In this document: one piece after another, positions 22,983 through 35,712 of the stretch
How the letters are laid out: each line of letters begins with the position of its first letter
Position numbering within the stretch: position 1 is the first letter of the stretch
Source: Takakia lepidozioides
Taxonomy: Eukaryota; Plantae; Bryophyta
Direction: 5' to 3'
DNA: 64,000 bases
NCBI GenBank assembly: GCA_030704615.1
Contig: CM060734.1
Span: 63,054,001-63,118,000 of the forward strand
Position numbers and translations under genes: made by a program
The notes under the pieces: generated by a model
Seen by the model: only the letters and a program-made list of their open reading frames with translations
Told to the model about the DNA's origin: nothing
The model's database searches: none

Positions 22983-25607
22983 CAACATGCAAATCATGCT
23001 GCAGGGGTTTGTCATGGATACCACTGTACCCTTCAACTTATTTGCATTGACTCTTCCCAGCATTTCTTTGTTAATGGTTTGTAACATGGCGGTGTTGTTA
23101 TCATACATCTTTTGTATGACATAAGGTCCTTTCCATGGTGATTTAAGCTTAGAAGCTTGAATCTTTCCTTCTTTTGCAACCATAGAACCAAATCCCCCGT
23201 CTTAAAAGTCTTTAACTTGCCTTCATCAAACTGTTCCTTTCTCTTCATCTGAATTCTGGTCATATTATCAGCTGCATCAACACGTACTTCTTCCACATGG
23301 TATAATTCATGTTTCCTGACCTTGATGGAGTCTTGCAATTCCATTCTTTTCCCCACTCCGTTCTCATGGTAGGTAACAGGAATTCCACTGGAAGTAAGGC
23401 TTCCATACCATAAACTAATTGGAATGGTGTATACTTAGTGGTGAACTTTATATGAAGTCCTGTATGACCACAAAGCTGTCAGCAGCTTCGTATCCCAATC
23501 CGTTCTGTTTGCATTGACTATCTTAGCCAAGATAGTACATAGTATTTTGTTGGTAGCCTCTGCCTGCCCATGACCCTGTGGGTAATATGTTGTACTCTTT
23601 CTATGCACAATCATAAACTCTTTAGTCAACAACTCAATGGTCTCATTCATGAAGTGACTTCCTTGATCACTGATAAATTCTAAGGGACATCCAAATCGTG
23701 TAAGTATGTTCTCGTACAGGAACCTTGCTGTGGACTTGGCTGTGTTGTCCCTCAAAGCTTTAGCTTCCACCCACTTTGTAGTATAATCAGTGGCTGTAAT
23801 TATGTACCTGTTTTGTGTATTCTTGGATGGTGGATTAATTGGTCCAACAAAGTCTAGTCCCCATTTCTGAAATGGTTCCGTAGGCATTGTAGGATGCAAG
23901 GCCATCCTTCCAGATCTCTGCAAAGGTCCTAGCCTCTAACATTCATCACACTTCTGACAATACTCGTGTACATCTTTGAACAAAGTAGGCCACCAGTATC
24001 TTGCGAGTAGTATCTTTCTACTGGTAGTCTCTTCTCCAAAATGACCTCCAGCTACTCCTTTATGTACTTCCGCCAAAACTTTATTTACTTCATGGTGGTA
24101 CAAGCATCGTTTTAGTACTCCATCAGGTCCTAACTTATACATTCTGCTTCCTACCATAGTATAAGGTAAAGCTTTGATAGCGATTCTCTTCCTCTGCTCC
24201 TTACCATAACTAGGTGGGCACTGACCATGAGCAAGGTAGTATCTGATTGGCCACTGCCAATCTAACCATTCATCTGCACTTCCTTGCACCTCCATTACAA
24301 ATAAACTCGCATCAGGTAACTGATCGTCCACTCCTGTGGCGGCCCCTCTCCTGTTGTTAGTCGTGACAAATGATCTGCCACAAGATGCAAACGGCCAGGC
24401 TTGTAAATAACCTCGAACTCAAACTCATGCAGATTATTAACCACTCTCTATCCTTCCACTTATCAAAGGTTTGTTCACCAGATATATCAGAGCCTGGTGA
24501 TCCACATAAAACATAAACTTTCTTCCCAATAGGTAATGCCTGAATTTCTTGACTGCATAAATCATTGCCAATGCTTCTCTTTCCGTTGTACTATAGTTCC
24601 TCTCAGCACTGTTCATCAACCGGCTAGCATAGTACACATGTGAATCTATATTCCCTGGTAACATTCTGGGCTAACACCGCACCCAACGCTTCTCCTGATG
24701 CATCGCAAGTGAACATGAAATACTACATGCCAGTGAGGGTTAATCAGCACAGGTGTAGTGTTACTGACAGTGTAAGTTCCTCAAACGCCTGTTGACATTC
24801 AGCTGTCCAGGCAAACACTGCATCTTTCTTCAGAAGCTTGCTCAATGGTGCTGCTATTTGTGCATACCTTTTGACAAATCTTCTGTAATAAACTGGTTTG
24901 CCCAAGGAATCTCCTTAAACTCTTAACATTCACTGGTGGTGGAAGAGGCTTTAATGGACTCTGTCTTCCTGGGATCCACAAGAAGTCCCTTCTTACATAC
25001 AATGTGTCCCAGGAGCACCCCTGAGTTCACACAGAAAGTACACTTCTCTGGATTCAAGCCCAGACCTCTCATCCTGCATCTGGCCAGGCATAACTCCAAT
25101 TTATGCAAGTGCTCATTCTTAGAGCTGTACACACTGAAATCATCCAAGAACACCTGCATGAAATCATCCAGATACTCATGAAAAGATTCACTTATCACTC
25201 TCTGAAAGGTCGCTGGTGCATTACAAAGTCCAAAGGGCATGACTTTGTATGCATAAGCCCCCCAGTTTGTGATGAAAGCTGTTTTCCCTTGGTCTTCTAC
25301 TGCCACTTGCACTTGATTATAACCACTGAAGCCATCCATGAATGAGTACATCTCATGGCCTGCCACAGTGTCTAATACCGCTTCTGTGAATGGCAAAGGG
25401 AAAGGATCTTTCTTCGTACAAGCATTCAGCTTCTTATAGTTCACACATACTCTTAGTTTGCCATTCTTCTTGGGAACTATTACAATGGGTGACAACCAAG
25501 TTGTATACTCTATTGGGTATATAAACTTAGCCTCAGCCAACTTCTTTCTCTCCAACCTTCTGTGCGTAGTTGGGATTCATTCTATACCTCGCCTGCTTGA
25601 GTGGTAC
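22983..25607 (-). pseudogene. pol: Gypsy pol of E1 (RT-RNase H-integrase), frameshifted; RT interrupted at 25608
   Basis: RT: WLSPIVIVPKKNGKLRVCVNYKKLN, MPFGLCNAPATFQR, FLDDF. RNase H: NYSTTEREALA, VDHQAL. Integrase: HHCC (HKGVAGGH..CQKC), WGLDFVGP, SDQGSHF, GQAE, WKGPY. Confidence 0.95.
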
Positions 25608-27281
25608 GGGGGCTGCTATTTCATGAGCCATGAGCCATGAGCGGCATGAGCCATGAGCAGAGTCGTAAGTGTGGAAAAAAACATGAGCAGCACTATTTTC
25701 CGGAAATGAGTGTCCGCGGGAATAGGGTTTAGGGTGCCACGGTCATAGGGGGAGAAGGACCTCCCGATGAAGGAGGTTCGGCAATGTTATTTAGAATTAT
25801 ATATTGAAAGGCAATGTTTCGCGAATGGTAGGGTGGTATTGCTCTGTACAATGGGGGCCCATTTCAGCCTACCAGCCATTTGCAAAATTCACCCACACTC
25901 CCAATCCCAAACGAAATGAGCAATGACGCATTCTCGGAACAATGGACACAGAATAGAATAAAAAGAGGGCACAATGAGGTTTTTATTGATCCACATGAAT
26001 TGCATTTGAAGCACGTCTACTGTGCTGATTGTGCCCTCAAATCTTGAGCCCTGTGCCTACTGAATACAAGTCACGTTGTCAATGGGACTTCGACTGCTCT
26101 CAGAACTAGCTCATGAGTCCTGGGGCTCCTCCATGTAAAGTCGATTGCAGCCGTTGTACCGCCCCTAGTGATGTTCACCACAATGTCCTGCCCTTCAATC
26201 ATACCACCATCGAATATGGAAATCTTCACGTTTTCGTCGTCCACACCAATGCGAATGTCCCCATACAATGGAGAAGAGGAGCGCACTCCTCGAGGAGAAT
26301 AGGTCTCTCCGATTGAGTCCACCCACGTCCAGTGGCAGCAGTTCCACCGCAACAGCATAGCAGTGCGCCTTCTTCTGCATGGGTGACCGTCGTAGCTGGG
26401 AAAATCGGAATCGAGGATGCGCAGGAGCCACGGACTCCTCAAACCAAGATCGTCACCCCGCTCGAAGGCGTAGTGGCCTACGATATACTCAAAAGCCACC
26501 AATGTTTCCACAATCGAACCAGTATCTTCTGTGTAATCTGTGTACCAGATAACAATGTCTCCCGATGTGGCCGAATACATTGCATAATCGATGCCTCCAA
26601 AGGGGCAGTCGTCCCGGTTCCGGAAGCACGGCATCCTTGCAAAGGAGGACCTGAGGACGACTTGGATGCCGATGACCTTGCGGACAGCTACGAAGCCCTT
26701 AGATTTTGGAAAAGATACGAAGCGGAAGAGCAGTCCGGCCTCCAAAATGGAGCATCTGGGTCACACGTACCCACCGACGGAGGTGGAACGTGTTCATCAC
26801 GCCAGCGGTGGATGAAGCCATACATCTTTCTCATCAACAAGTTATAGTTTGAGATCTGCCACCGAAATCCATCCCCCCGGATGGAAATTCGGCGCCGCAT
26901 TTACATCGAAGAGGGGATGGACTTCGTCGTGTCCAGTGGCTATCGGCCCACCTGGCAGTGAGTGCCCATAGTTTGCATGGCAGGGTAGGAAACTGAAACG
27001 GCTACATTCATGCAGCAGCCAATCTTCATCGGTCCAGGATCCTGTAGGGGGGAAATTTAAATGTGCCCTGGAGTGTGCCCTGGAATGTACCTCACTTCTG
27101 TATGACTGTGTTTCATTGTGTTGAATAACTCTCGGATTTGGCCCACTGTTTACAATTTGATGTCTCATTTCTACAATTTGTCTGTCTGGTTGAATAAAGC
27201 AGAGTAACCGGTATGTGAGTCATGTGTCAAGAATATACCAGAGTAACGCCATGTCGGACATTGAAATGCGGCACCGCATTT
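25608..27281 (-). mobile_element. Second, divergent member of the palindrome-bearing element family, inserted in the E1 RT; other end hidden in the gap
   Basis: Begins GGGGGCTGCTATTTCATGAG exactly where intact E2 reads ...TGGTAC^TGACC (38477-38487). CATGAG subterminal repeats. Palindrome cores at ~26878-26908 and 27263-27281. Confidence 0.7.
26071..26745 (-). CDS. Hypothetical ORF inside the second element (no recognisable domain)
   Basis: 224-aa open frame in a CpG-rich segment. Overlapping ORFs in other frames make the true frame uncertain. Confidence 0.25.
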   Translation of the reverse strand: MEAGLLFRFVSFPKSKGFVAVRKVIGIQVVLRSSFARMPCFRNRDDCPFGGIDYAMYSATSGDIVIWYTDYTEDTGSIVETLVAFEYIVGHYAFERGDDLGLRSPWLLRILDSDFPSYDGHPCRRRRTAMLLRWNCCHWTWVDSIGETYSPRGVRSSSPLYGDIRIGVDDENVKISIFDGGMIEGQDIVVNITRGGTTAAIDFTWRSPRTHELVLRAVEVPLTT

Positions 27282-27781
27282 NNNNNNNNNNNNNNNNNNN
27301 NNNNNNNNNNNNNNNNNNNNNNNNNNNNNNNNNNNNNNNNNNNNNNNNNNNNNNNNNNNNNNNNNNNNNNNNNNNNNNNNNNNNNNNNNNNNNNNNNNNN
27401 NNNNNNNNNNNNNNNNNNNNNNNNNNNNNNNNNNNNNNNNNNNNNNNNNNNNNNNNNNNNNNNNNNNNNNNNNNNNNNNNNNNNNNNNNNNNNNNNNNNN
27501 NNNNNNNNNNNNNNNNNNNNNNNNNNNNNNNNNNNNNNNNNNNNNNNNNNNNNNNNNNNNNNNNNNNNNNNNNNNNNNNNNNNNNNNNNNNNNNNNNNNN
27601 NNNNNNNNNNNNNNNNNNNNNNNNNNNNNNNNNNNNNNNNNNNNNNNNNNNNNNNNNNNNNNNNNNNNNNNNNNNNNNNNNNNNNNNNNNNNNNNNNNNN
27701 NNNNNNNNNNNNNNNNNNNNNNNNNNNNNNNNNNNNNNNNNNNNNNNNNNNNNNNNNNNNNNNNNNNNNNNNNNNNNNNNN
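27282..27781. other. Assembly gap (500 N)
   Basis: Run of N. By comparison with E2 it hides at least ~1.15 kb of Gypsy sequence (protease region) plus the rest of the insertion. Confidence 0.99.
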
Positions 27782-29150
27782 AGGAATCTGCCACAGGAAT
27801 ATCAGTACTCTTCTGCATTTCCCTTATGGTATCTGCCACTTCCTTGTGCAGTTCTTTCTCATCTCTCCAAGCCTCATCATCTTCAGGCACATCACTGCCA
27901 TCTTCATTATCATCATCTTCCTCAACTACTGGAGGTATTAGTTTGGCTTTGCTTCTCGTTACTATCATTGTACTTACTTCTAGTACAACACATGGCATAA
28001 CCATGTGAGCTGCCACCACTGGGCCCTCATTCACATGAGCTCTCATCTCATTCTAGTGTCTAATCCAGAATGAACAGGCTGCCTTGCGATTCCTGCCTGA
28101 TTACAATAGTAACACAGTTCTTCACCATTGGGTCCTCGCCCTTGGTCTGCTCTAGGATTATTTCTGTAATCCTGATTCCCTGGCTGGTAATTCCCCCTTG
28201 GATTACCCTGATAGTTGCCCCTGGAATTTCCTTGGTAATTCCCTCTTGGATTACCTCTCCCTTCCATACCATTGTTATAACCACCAGGCCTACCATAGTG
28301 GTCCTCATCAATGTTTCTTCTTGGCTGGGGCTGCACTTGATGCACCCTTACTTGCCTAGGTTCTCCTGCTGCTGTCCTTCTGTTGTAGTAACAATTCTCA
28401 GTAGAATGGTTATCCATTTTACAGATAGTACAGTGTTTCTCCTTCATGTGGCATTCAGTGTGGTATGGCCTTCATTCTGGCACTTTGCACACCAACACCC
28501 TTCCTCCAATGTGTTTGCAGCCTCTGTGGCATACTTCTTCAAGATTTCTTCTAATCTTCTCTCATAGTTATCCTCTTCAACTTCTCCTTTCTCTTACTCT
28601 TCCTTTTCAGCTCTTGCTCTTCTTCCTTATCCGACTCATCCTCAGAGTCCTCATCATCCCTTTTATCTCTCCTGAACATTCCCAATTGCTCAATTCTGTT
28701 AGCTGTTTCAAATGCCTCCCCCACTGTATTATGGGGTAACATATCCACTTTCTTTGCAACTCTGGTCTTAGTCCACTCACAAACCAAGTCTTCTGTAAAC
28801 CGGTGCTGGTACAGCAGCCAACTTTTTATCATCAATTCCATTTTTTCCATATACTCCTCAATAGTTCATGCTTTCTTTTGCTTTAACTGTTGTAAACTTC
28901 CATACACTTCATCCTCAGTTTTACTTGTCCTGAACCTATTTCGGAATGTTGTATTCAAGCCATTCCAGGTTAGGAAATGATTATCAGGGAATCTTGCATA
29001 CCATTCACTTGCTTTCTTGATAAGTGAACAAGGAAACAGTCTCATCTTGGCATCATCGCCATTCTCATTATTCACTATACACATGTGCTCAAATTGGCTA
29101 ATGTGTACATCGGGATCCCCTTTTCCTGAATATATTGGAAAATGTGGGTT
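27782..29150 (-). pseudogene. gag: Gypsy gag of E1 (frameshifted, N-terminally deleted)
   Basis: FPIYSGKGDPDVHISQFEHMC...KMRLFPCSLIKKASEWY and the zinc knuckle CTICKMDNHSTENC. Confidence 0.9.
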
Positions 29151-29396
29151 TGCCTTTATTACCCCTTTCTCCAGACCCCACTCAGGATCAGCATCATGCC
29201 CTCTCTTAAGAATGTTTTCTTTACAACCGTCTGGCAATTCCAAGAACCTCTGAAGAATCGTTTGGACAATCTTCCTTCTCCGTTTCACAGGGAATTTGAT
29301 TCACATCAAATTCTTTAATTCTCCATCCACCATGATCCACCAGATGCCTATCACATCTGGCTGTTCATGACTTAGTTCCCCAGTATGGTCGCCAAA

Positions 29397-30309
29397 TGTC
29401 GAGCGGCTTTACTCCCCATCCTTCGCTATCCGAGGGGGAAACTCCAAGATAGAAGAGCTGGATATTTCTAAGCACTCAGTCCGCTTAGTGCAATCAGTCA
29501 TGACCTACAGCTAGTGAATCATGGTTGTGCTTCCCAATTGTATTCTTTCTTGCCTTCATGTCATCAATTCACCTTATCTGATACTAAAGCATCAGATTGC
29601 ATCAGTATCTACTTAATTCCAATTAATCATGCATTCATTTCACAGCTTCATTCATGTCTCTCTACACAGTGTGCTTGTATTGAATAAGTATCAGATTACG
29701 ATTTATCAGGTACTAGGCCAATGTCAAAGTGACTCTAATCCGCCCTACAGTATCACTACAGCTCTCCATGGAACAAACATCTACTGTACATCTCTCCTCT
29801 TCCCCGTGCTCCCGTTCTTGCTCTCCGCCTGATCTCCTCTCCTCCATCACCAAGAAGTGATCCCCGTCCAGTGTCATTCCGTTGCCGCTCCCCTTATCTG
29901 CCCCCCAAGCTGTTCTAACCACCTAACTAATTAACCGTTATCCCCGAAGTATCACGTTCCTTCTGCAGATGCCGTTCCCTCACAATCGTTCCCTGCCATT
30001 GATAACTATTCCCCATGTACTGTGACAGGTTGTGTCAAGCTGTGCCGAGCTGTGACTGGCGCTGTGTCTGTGGACTGGCTGTGACGGGCTGTGGCGGCCT
30101 GTGCCTTGTCTGTGTGTGCTGTGGTGTGAACGGCTGTGCGAAGCTGTGTCAGCTCGGCTGTGACTGTGACGGGCTGTGTCGGGCTGTTACCCCCCCTAAA
30201 AGCCCACTGCTCTCACCCCTAAGGCTTCTGTTGGTCTCAGTCTGCGCAAAAATTAAGGGTTCCCCGCAGAACTTGTAAAAGCGTCTAAGTCCCAAGCAGC
30301 CCTCTAACA
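29397..30309 (-). repeat. 5' LTR of E1 (divergent subfamily)
   Basis: TGTCGAGCGG...CCTCTAACA, adjacent to PBS 29377-29394. It resembles the LTR at 45392-46285 more than the E2 LTRs. Confidence 0.88.
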
Positions 30310-30436
30310 AAGACCCACAACAGGCCATGCTTATGAGTTCCATAAGCAAGACATTAAATTTTGTTGGCACTAATGTGAAGTCCATGTTTCCATCCACACA
30401 ATTGGCAGGCTTTGCGGGAGGAAACTCAAGCAGGAG

Positions 30437-31339
30437 TGTCGCGCGGCTTTTACTCCCCATCCCTTCGCTATCCGAGGCGGAAACTCCAAGATAGAAGAGT
30501 TGGAAATCTCTAAGTACTCAGCCCGCGCAGAACAATCAGTCATGACCTACAGCTAGTGTATCATGGGGGTGTTTCCTATTTGTTTCCCTTTCCGCATTCA
30601 TCTTAGCTACCTTACCATTGATAATTAAGTATCAGTTTGCTTCATCAATTTATCGGTTTCCTTCACTCATCCATTCAATCCACAGCTTCACTCAGATCTC
30701 TCTACACAGTGTGATTGTATCGTATAAGTATCAGATTATGATTTATCAGGTATCAGGCCGAAGCCATTGTGTCTCTATTCTCTCTACAATATACAGCTTT
30801 GCATATAACAAGCATCTACTAATCCTCTTTTCGTGCTCTCCGATCTCCGCTCCCGCCTGACTCCAAAGTCCTCCCCGAATAATGATCCCCCTCATCATTC
30901 CCCGTTTTTCCCTTTATCCTCCTATCCGCGGTTCTAACCGTTTCCCTCTCTAACCGTCGTATGTGAACTAACATGTTCCCTTCACAGGTGTTGTTCCCCA
31001 CAGTCGTTCCCTGTCCTACTCTTCGTTCCCTATTATCGTGACAGCTGTGTCAAGCGGTGACTGGCTGTGTTTGGCTTGTCGGGCTGTGCTGGCTGTGTGG
31101 CTGTGTGACTGGCTGTGTGGCTGTGTCTGCTGTGTGACGACTGTGACGGGCTGTGTGGGCTGTGTGGGCTGTGACGACTGTGGCTGTGTGGGCTGTGACG
31201 GCTGTGTGCTGTAATGTAACCCCCCTCTACAGTGCGCTGCTGTCACCCCTAAGGTTCCTGTTTGTCTCAGTCTGTGCAAAAATTAAGGGTACCCTACAGA
31301 TCCCGTATAAGTGTCTAAGTCCCCTACAGTCCTCTAACA
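30437..31339 (-). repeat. 3' LTR of E2
   Basis: Near-identical to 42468-43436 except for the CTGTG repeat tract and small indels. Confidence 0.95.
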
Positions 31340-31369
31340 TTACCCCTTCCCCCCTCAAAAGCCGTGTCC

Positions 31370-34300
31370 TCACGGTTTACTGTTTCCGAGTAGCAACCTT
31401 TGTGAGTGAGCACTTTGTTGACGTTGAGAGTTTCGTGGTGGGCTGTGTGTACGAGCCCGAGGTCTGTCTCTGGTTGATGGAGATGGTTGATCACTACCTG
31501 GATAAGTGAGGCCTTCTGGAGGCTGATATCGAGGTAATCTTTCCGGCATAGGAGATCCCCTTTGTTTCTTCTCTTCCATCTGAATTGCATAGTCTTCTCC
31601 CATGTCAAAAGAATTCTGTGAAGAAACAGTTGTATCAGAATCCTCATCGCCTCTCAGGTGTTTTAATTTTTTCGAACTTTTTGTGGAATCATCTGGGGCA
31701 TACAATGCTGTCCTACCATGTCTGGAAGTTTGCATTTTACAACCTGGTGTAACCGTTGAACAGCAAAATTGGTGTAGACACTGAGCTCCTTGTCTGTCCA
31801 GATGAGTGGGGTACCAATTACTGGTGCAGCGTGCAAGTATTTCCATGCGATATGTCCCTTATAGAAAATGTCATCAAGTCCGAATTTCTGTGTTGACAAA
31901 TTGTTGCAGGCTGCTTGAAACCATGAACGAATTTGAGAATCCTTCTGTATCATAACTTTTGGGTCATATAGGTACATATGAGGTGGCACACCGAAGGTAA
32001 TACCCAATGATCTCCACTGGAGTAACTTTGAAAGCGTGCTTGCATCTTTTGTTGCTCAATGTGGTAACGTATCAGAAAACAAGCAGCGTAGTATAGCCCG
32101 CACCCCATGACAATACTTGCTATCTCCTTGGTCTTGGTATAAATGAGTCCATGTACAACCTGGAAAGCAACCAATTCCCTCAACATGGTACCTGCCTCGT
32201 GCCAGTATTGTGCAAAGTGATGATCTTCAATATGTCGATTGTTTGGAAGAACTTTAGTCCTGGTTGCCACTGGCAGCCAAATACGCATGATTTGGTAGTA
32301 ATGTGCGAATGACTGCGGAGGACTAAATTCTTTCCAAGCCAAATCCAACATGATGGGAATTTGGTTGAAGGGCATAATCATAGCCCTACTGTACTCCCTG
32401 GCAGCTGGAGTTTTAGGTGGGTTAAAAGCTGCATTGCCCCATACCTCCGGCTGTGGTGGCTGTGGTGTGGTTGTAGTAACCACAGGTTCAGCTACTGGTA
32501 CACTGACCTGTTGTGGTGGTGGTGGTACTGGTTCCTGTACCATTGGCATCTCCTGCACCTCCTGTGAAGACTGAAAAGCCAGAGTTCTGGCTTGCAAATA
32601 AGAAGCCATTAGCTGTTCCTGAGGGATAGACTCTTTGGTCGATGTTTGAAGTGAGGTCTTCCACTTGAGTCTGGAGTCCGTCTACATCCTCTTGTAACTC
32701 TGCTATCCTACTATAGACATTGTCTATAGTAGTTGTGGCAATGTTCTGCACCTGCAGTCTGAGCTCATTCATCTCGCTTTGGGTGAGCTTCGTGGGCTTT
32801 GCCCTCTACTGGCCCTTGTGCTAACCAGACCTGCATAAGGCTGTTATCCACCAAGCTGCTTGTGGTTCCCCTGAGAGTTTGCTCCTCTCTTAGCTTATAC
32901 AATTCCAACTGCTGTTGTAAAGCCTTCATGCGCTTCGCCTGTGGCTCAACCAATTGCGCATAGGCAGCAAGTAGATTATTGGCTTCTTTCGAAGCCTTGT
33001 TACTGACCGCGATTTCATTTCTATTGGCCACGATGGTTTGTTTGCAACTCCACGATGTATTTCTCTTCTCAGCTTCCATCTGCCTGTATTGCTTGAAAGT
33101 ATCTTCATTGCGACAGATTGTATTCTTCATATCGACAATGAGCTTCATTTGCTCAACATTCTCTTCTTCTGCCTTCGTACATTTTTCCGCTTGACTGTTT
33201 ATTTCTTTTGTTGATTGGTCAAGCATAGTTGTAAATGTAGCACATTGTATCGCCATCCTGTTATGCACTGTCTGCAACTCCGTATGTAGTGCATTCAGTT
33301 CTTGCAACTTGCTTTCATGCTGCACCTGCATTTGGTATAGCTGTTGCTTATGTGCTTCGTGCAACTGGTCTTGCGCGAGGCCTGCCTCAATCAATTGTTG
33401 CTTGGCCAATTGCAAAGCCATTTCTGTATTGGCCAAGTCCTGCTTCATCTTGAGAGTGACCTCTTCATCGACCTTGTTTGCACACTCAGTGGCAAGTCGA
33501 GCCTCAAACTCCTTCCTGAGTTCTCTTTCAAGGCTGTCAATTGGGTAATTGGAACATGGGTTTGACATAAGTCCCCAACAAATTAAGTGTCCTGCCTATG
33601 GAACTCATCAGCATTGCCTGTTGAGGGTCATCATGGTGAGGTTGCTGCTGTTCCTCCGATCTTCAACAGTATGATGTCTCACTAACCATTCAGACCATTG
33701 TCCCACCGGATTTTCTTCCTGAACTACTTCATTTATGACCGGTGCTACAGTGTCATGACCTTCCGCCTGTGGTACCTCCGACACAGGTGTGTGCATTATA
33801 TGCACCTCAGGATTTCCCTTGGGCAACTGTTGCACCTCTGGGATTTCTGTCTCCTTGACCAGACCAGAATATTCATAGAGAAGGTCCCCTTTCTCTATTT
33901 CTGCCACTATCTGTTCTGTAGTTGGAATATCTATCCCTTCACTTTCCAAATCAATTATTTCGGGTTGAGCTGCATGGATAACTTGTGACCTTGTGACAAG
34001 TCGTTCAAGTGGCTGTGTTGGTTGTGATGCAGAAGTACTTCTTCCTCCTCCTCTCTCTGAAGGTCCTGCTTCCAGTAATAACATTCTTTTGTGCTGCTGT
34101 GCCCCTTCCTGGTCATGAGCTTGGGAAACATTATCATGCGGAATCCGTGAAGCCAGTGGATCCGCCACTACAGTCTTTCCCCTTCTCTGCCTCTTAGTCT
34201 CGGGTTGTGCTGCTAGTCCACCCTCACTGTGTGAAGAGCCTTGCTCTTCCATTGCAGTTGTTTCTGGCTCAAACACTCCCATTTCCTTCCTTTCTTGTGC

Positions 34301-34852
34301 ATTAAGTATGCCAGAACTAAGGATTATTTGAGCAATGATTGGGCCAGACACTATGATAGGAGATTTGCGGTAGTACCTTGTAATCTTTTCATCTCCTCTA
34401 CCAGTGCGTTGTACATTATGTCCGCCCATTGTACCTCTTGTCCCTTCAAGCCTTTGAGGATTTCCTCTGTGAAGGATCTGCTCAAATATTGTTGGTTCTG
34501 TTTCAGGGCAATCAAAATCAATACTTGGCCTATGTCTTTTAACCCTGGGTACACAGCTTTGGTACAAGCATAACCCTGAGTTTTAAAGAAACTCCCTTCT
34601 TGGAATAAATCCCCTATTTGCAGTCTTTCCCTGTCCTCCACATACACATGACCTGCTGGCAATCGAAACAATTGCTGGAGGTATAGGGGAGTAATCATTA
34701 ATTCAACTCCCTTCACCGTTGTTGTTCCTGTCTTTGGCTCAAAGTTCTGCAAAAATTGTAACATGTACTGTCTATGGTGTAGTGTCCAATCCATGCTTTG
34801 CAATCCTTCCAATCTCAGCTCCTTCAGTATCTATCGCCTGTGGGGTAGCCAT
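31370..34852 (-). CDS. E2 3' extra ORF (accessory domain plus coiled coil), frameshifted
   Basis: Collinear near-identical copy of 18435-21915. Confidence 0.65.
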
Positions 34853-35712
34853 CGTTTGTTTCTGCAGAATTGTGGTGCTCTTCACCCTGATTTCCTCCAT
34901 TCCTCTCACTCTCTTCATCTTAGACTCACAGAACTGCTTTGGCTGTAACAACTGCAGGAATGCCTGTAGTGCACAAAGCAGAAACGTATGGTTGCCGCAG
35001 AAAGCTATGGGTAATCTCTTGTAAGCCTGCGGGGCTTGCAAGCATTGTTCAAGAAAAGCTCTGCTCTTTCGTTTCGTGTCTCTGCCATGCGTAAGTAATA
35101 TTGCGAGCGTATAGTCTGTTAGTTCCTCCATAGTTTCCAAGTTATAGCATTTATGGCCTGTCCTGTCGAGACGCCCGTTACTCAGAACGACGCCGCCTCT
35201 TGCGCTCAATTTCCCTCCATTTTCTTGATCATTTCTCTGGTTTTCTATTGGCTGTATCCGCTGTGACTGGATTTTAACTTTTATCTTCTTTAGTGGACTT
35301 TCCCTGTTGGATAGTCCACTAGGATCACACATGCGACATGAATTCGTTTTTCTGTACTTGCCGTTCGTTCTGTTTCCCTTTTTCCGTATTCATTAATGGG
35401 CCCGCCTTTCATCCCTTTTGACGGCCGTTCTTGTCCTCTTTCTTTTTGACACCTGTCCTTGCACTTCATTCTCTGCTGTGTGTCGCACCCTGACCTCCAC
35501 GTGTCTATTTTTAAAGTAATTTCCGTTTCTTTCTTCCTTCAGCCATTTTCCTGAAGTTTTTATGTGTCCACTTGTCACTGATTCTATGGATCGTGTAACT
35601 TTAGTAGGCTGTGTTGAGCTGTGACAGGCTGTGTCATACTGTGTTACGCTGTGATAGGCTGTGTTGCACTGTGGTAAGCTGTGATAGGCTGTGATGTAGG
35701 TGATAGGCTGTG

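Larger units (their letters stand above)
17893..30309 (-). mobile_element. Ty3/Gypsy element E1 (chimeric, interrupted by an insertion and the assembly gap)
   Basis: 3' LTR 17893-18396 (internally deleted), PPT ~18397-18413, extra ORFs, INT-RH-RT, gag, PBS 29377-29394, and a 5' LTR 29397-30309 from a different subfamily. The flanks (GTCCT / AAGAC) do not form a TSD. Confidence 0.85.

Noticed and set aside
27171-28046. ORFs spanning the N run
   Set aside because: Artefacts of translating through the assembly gap.
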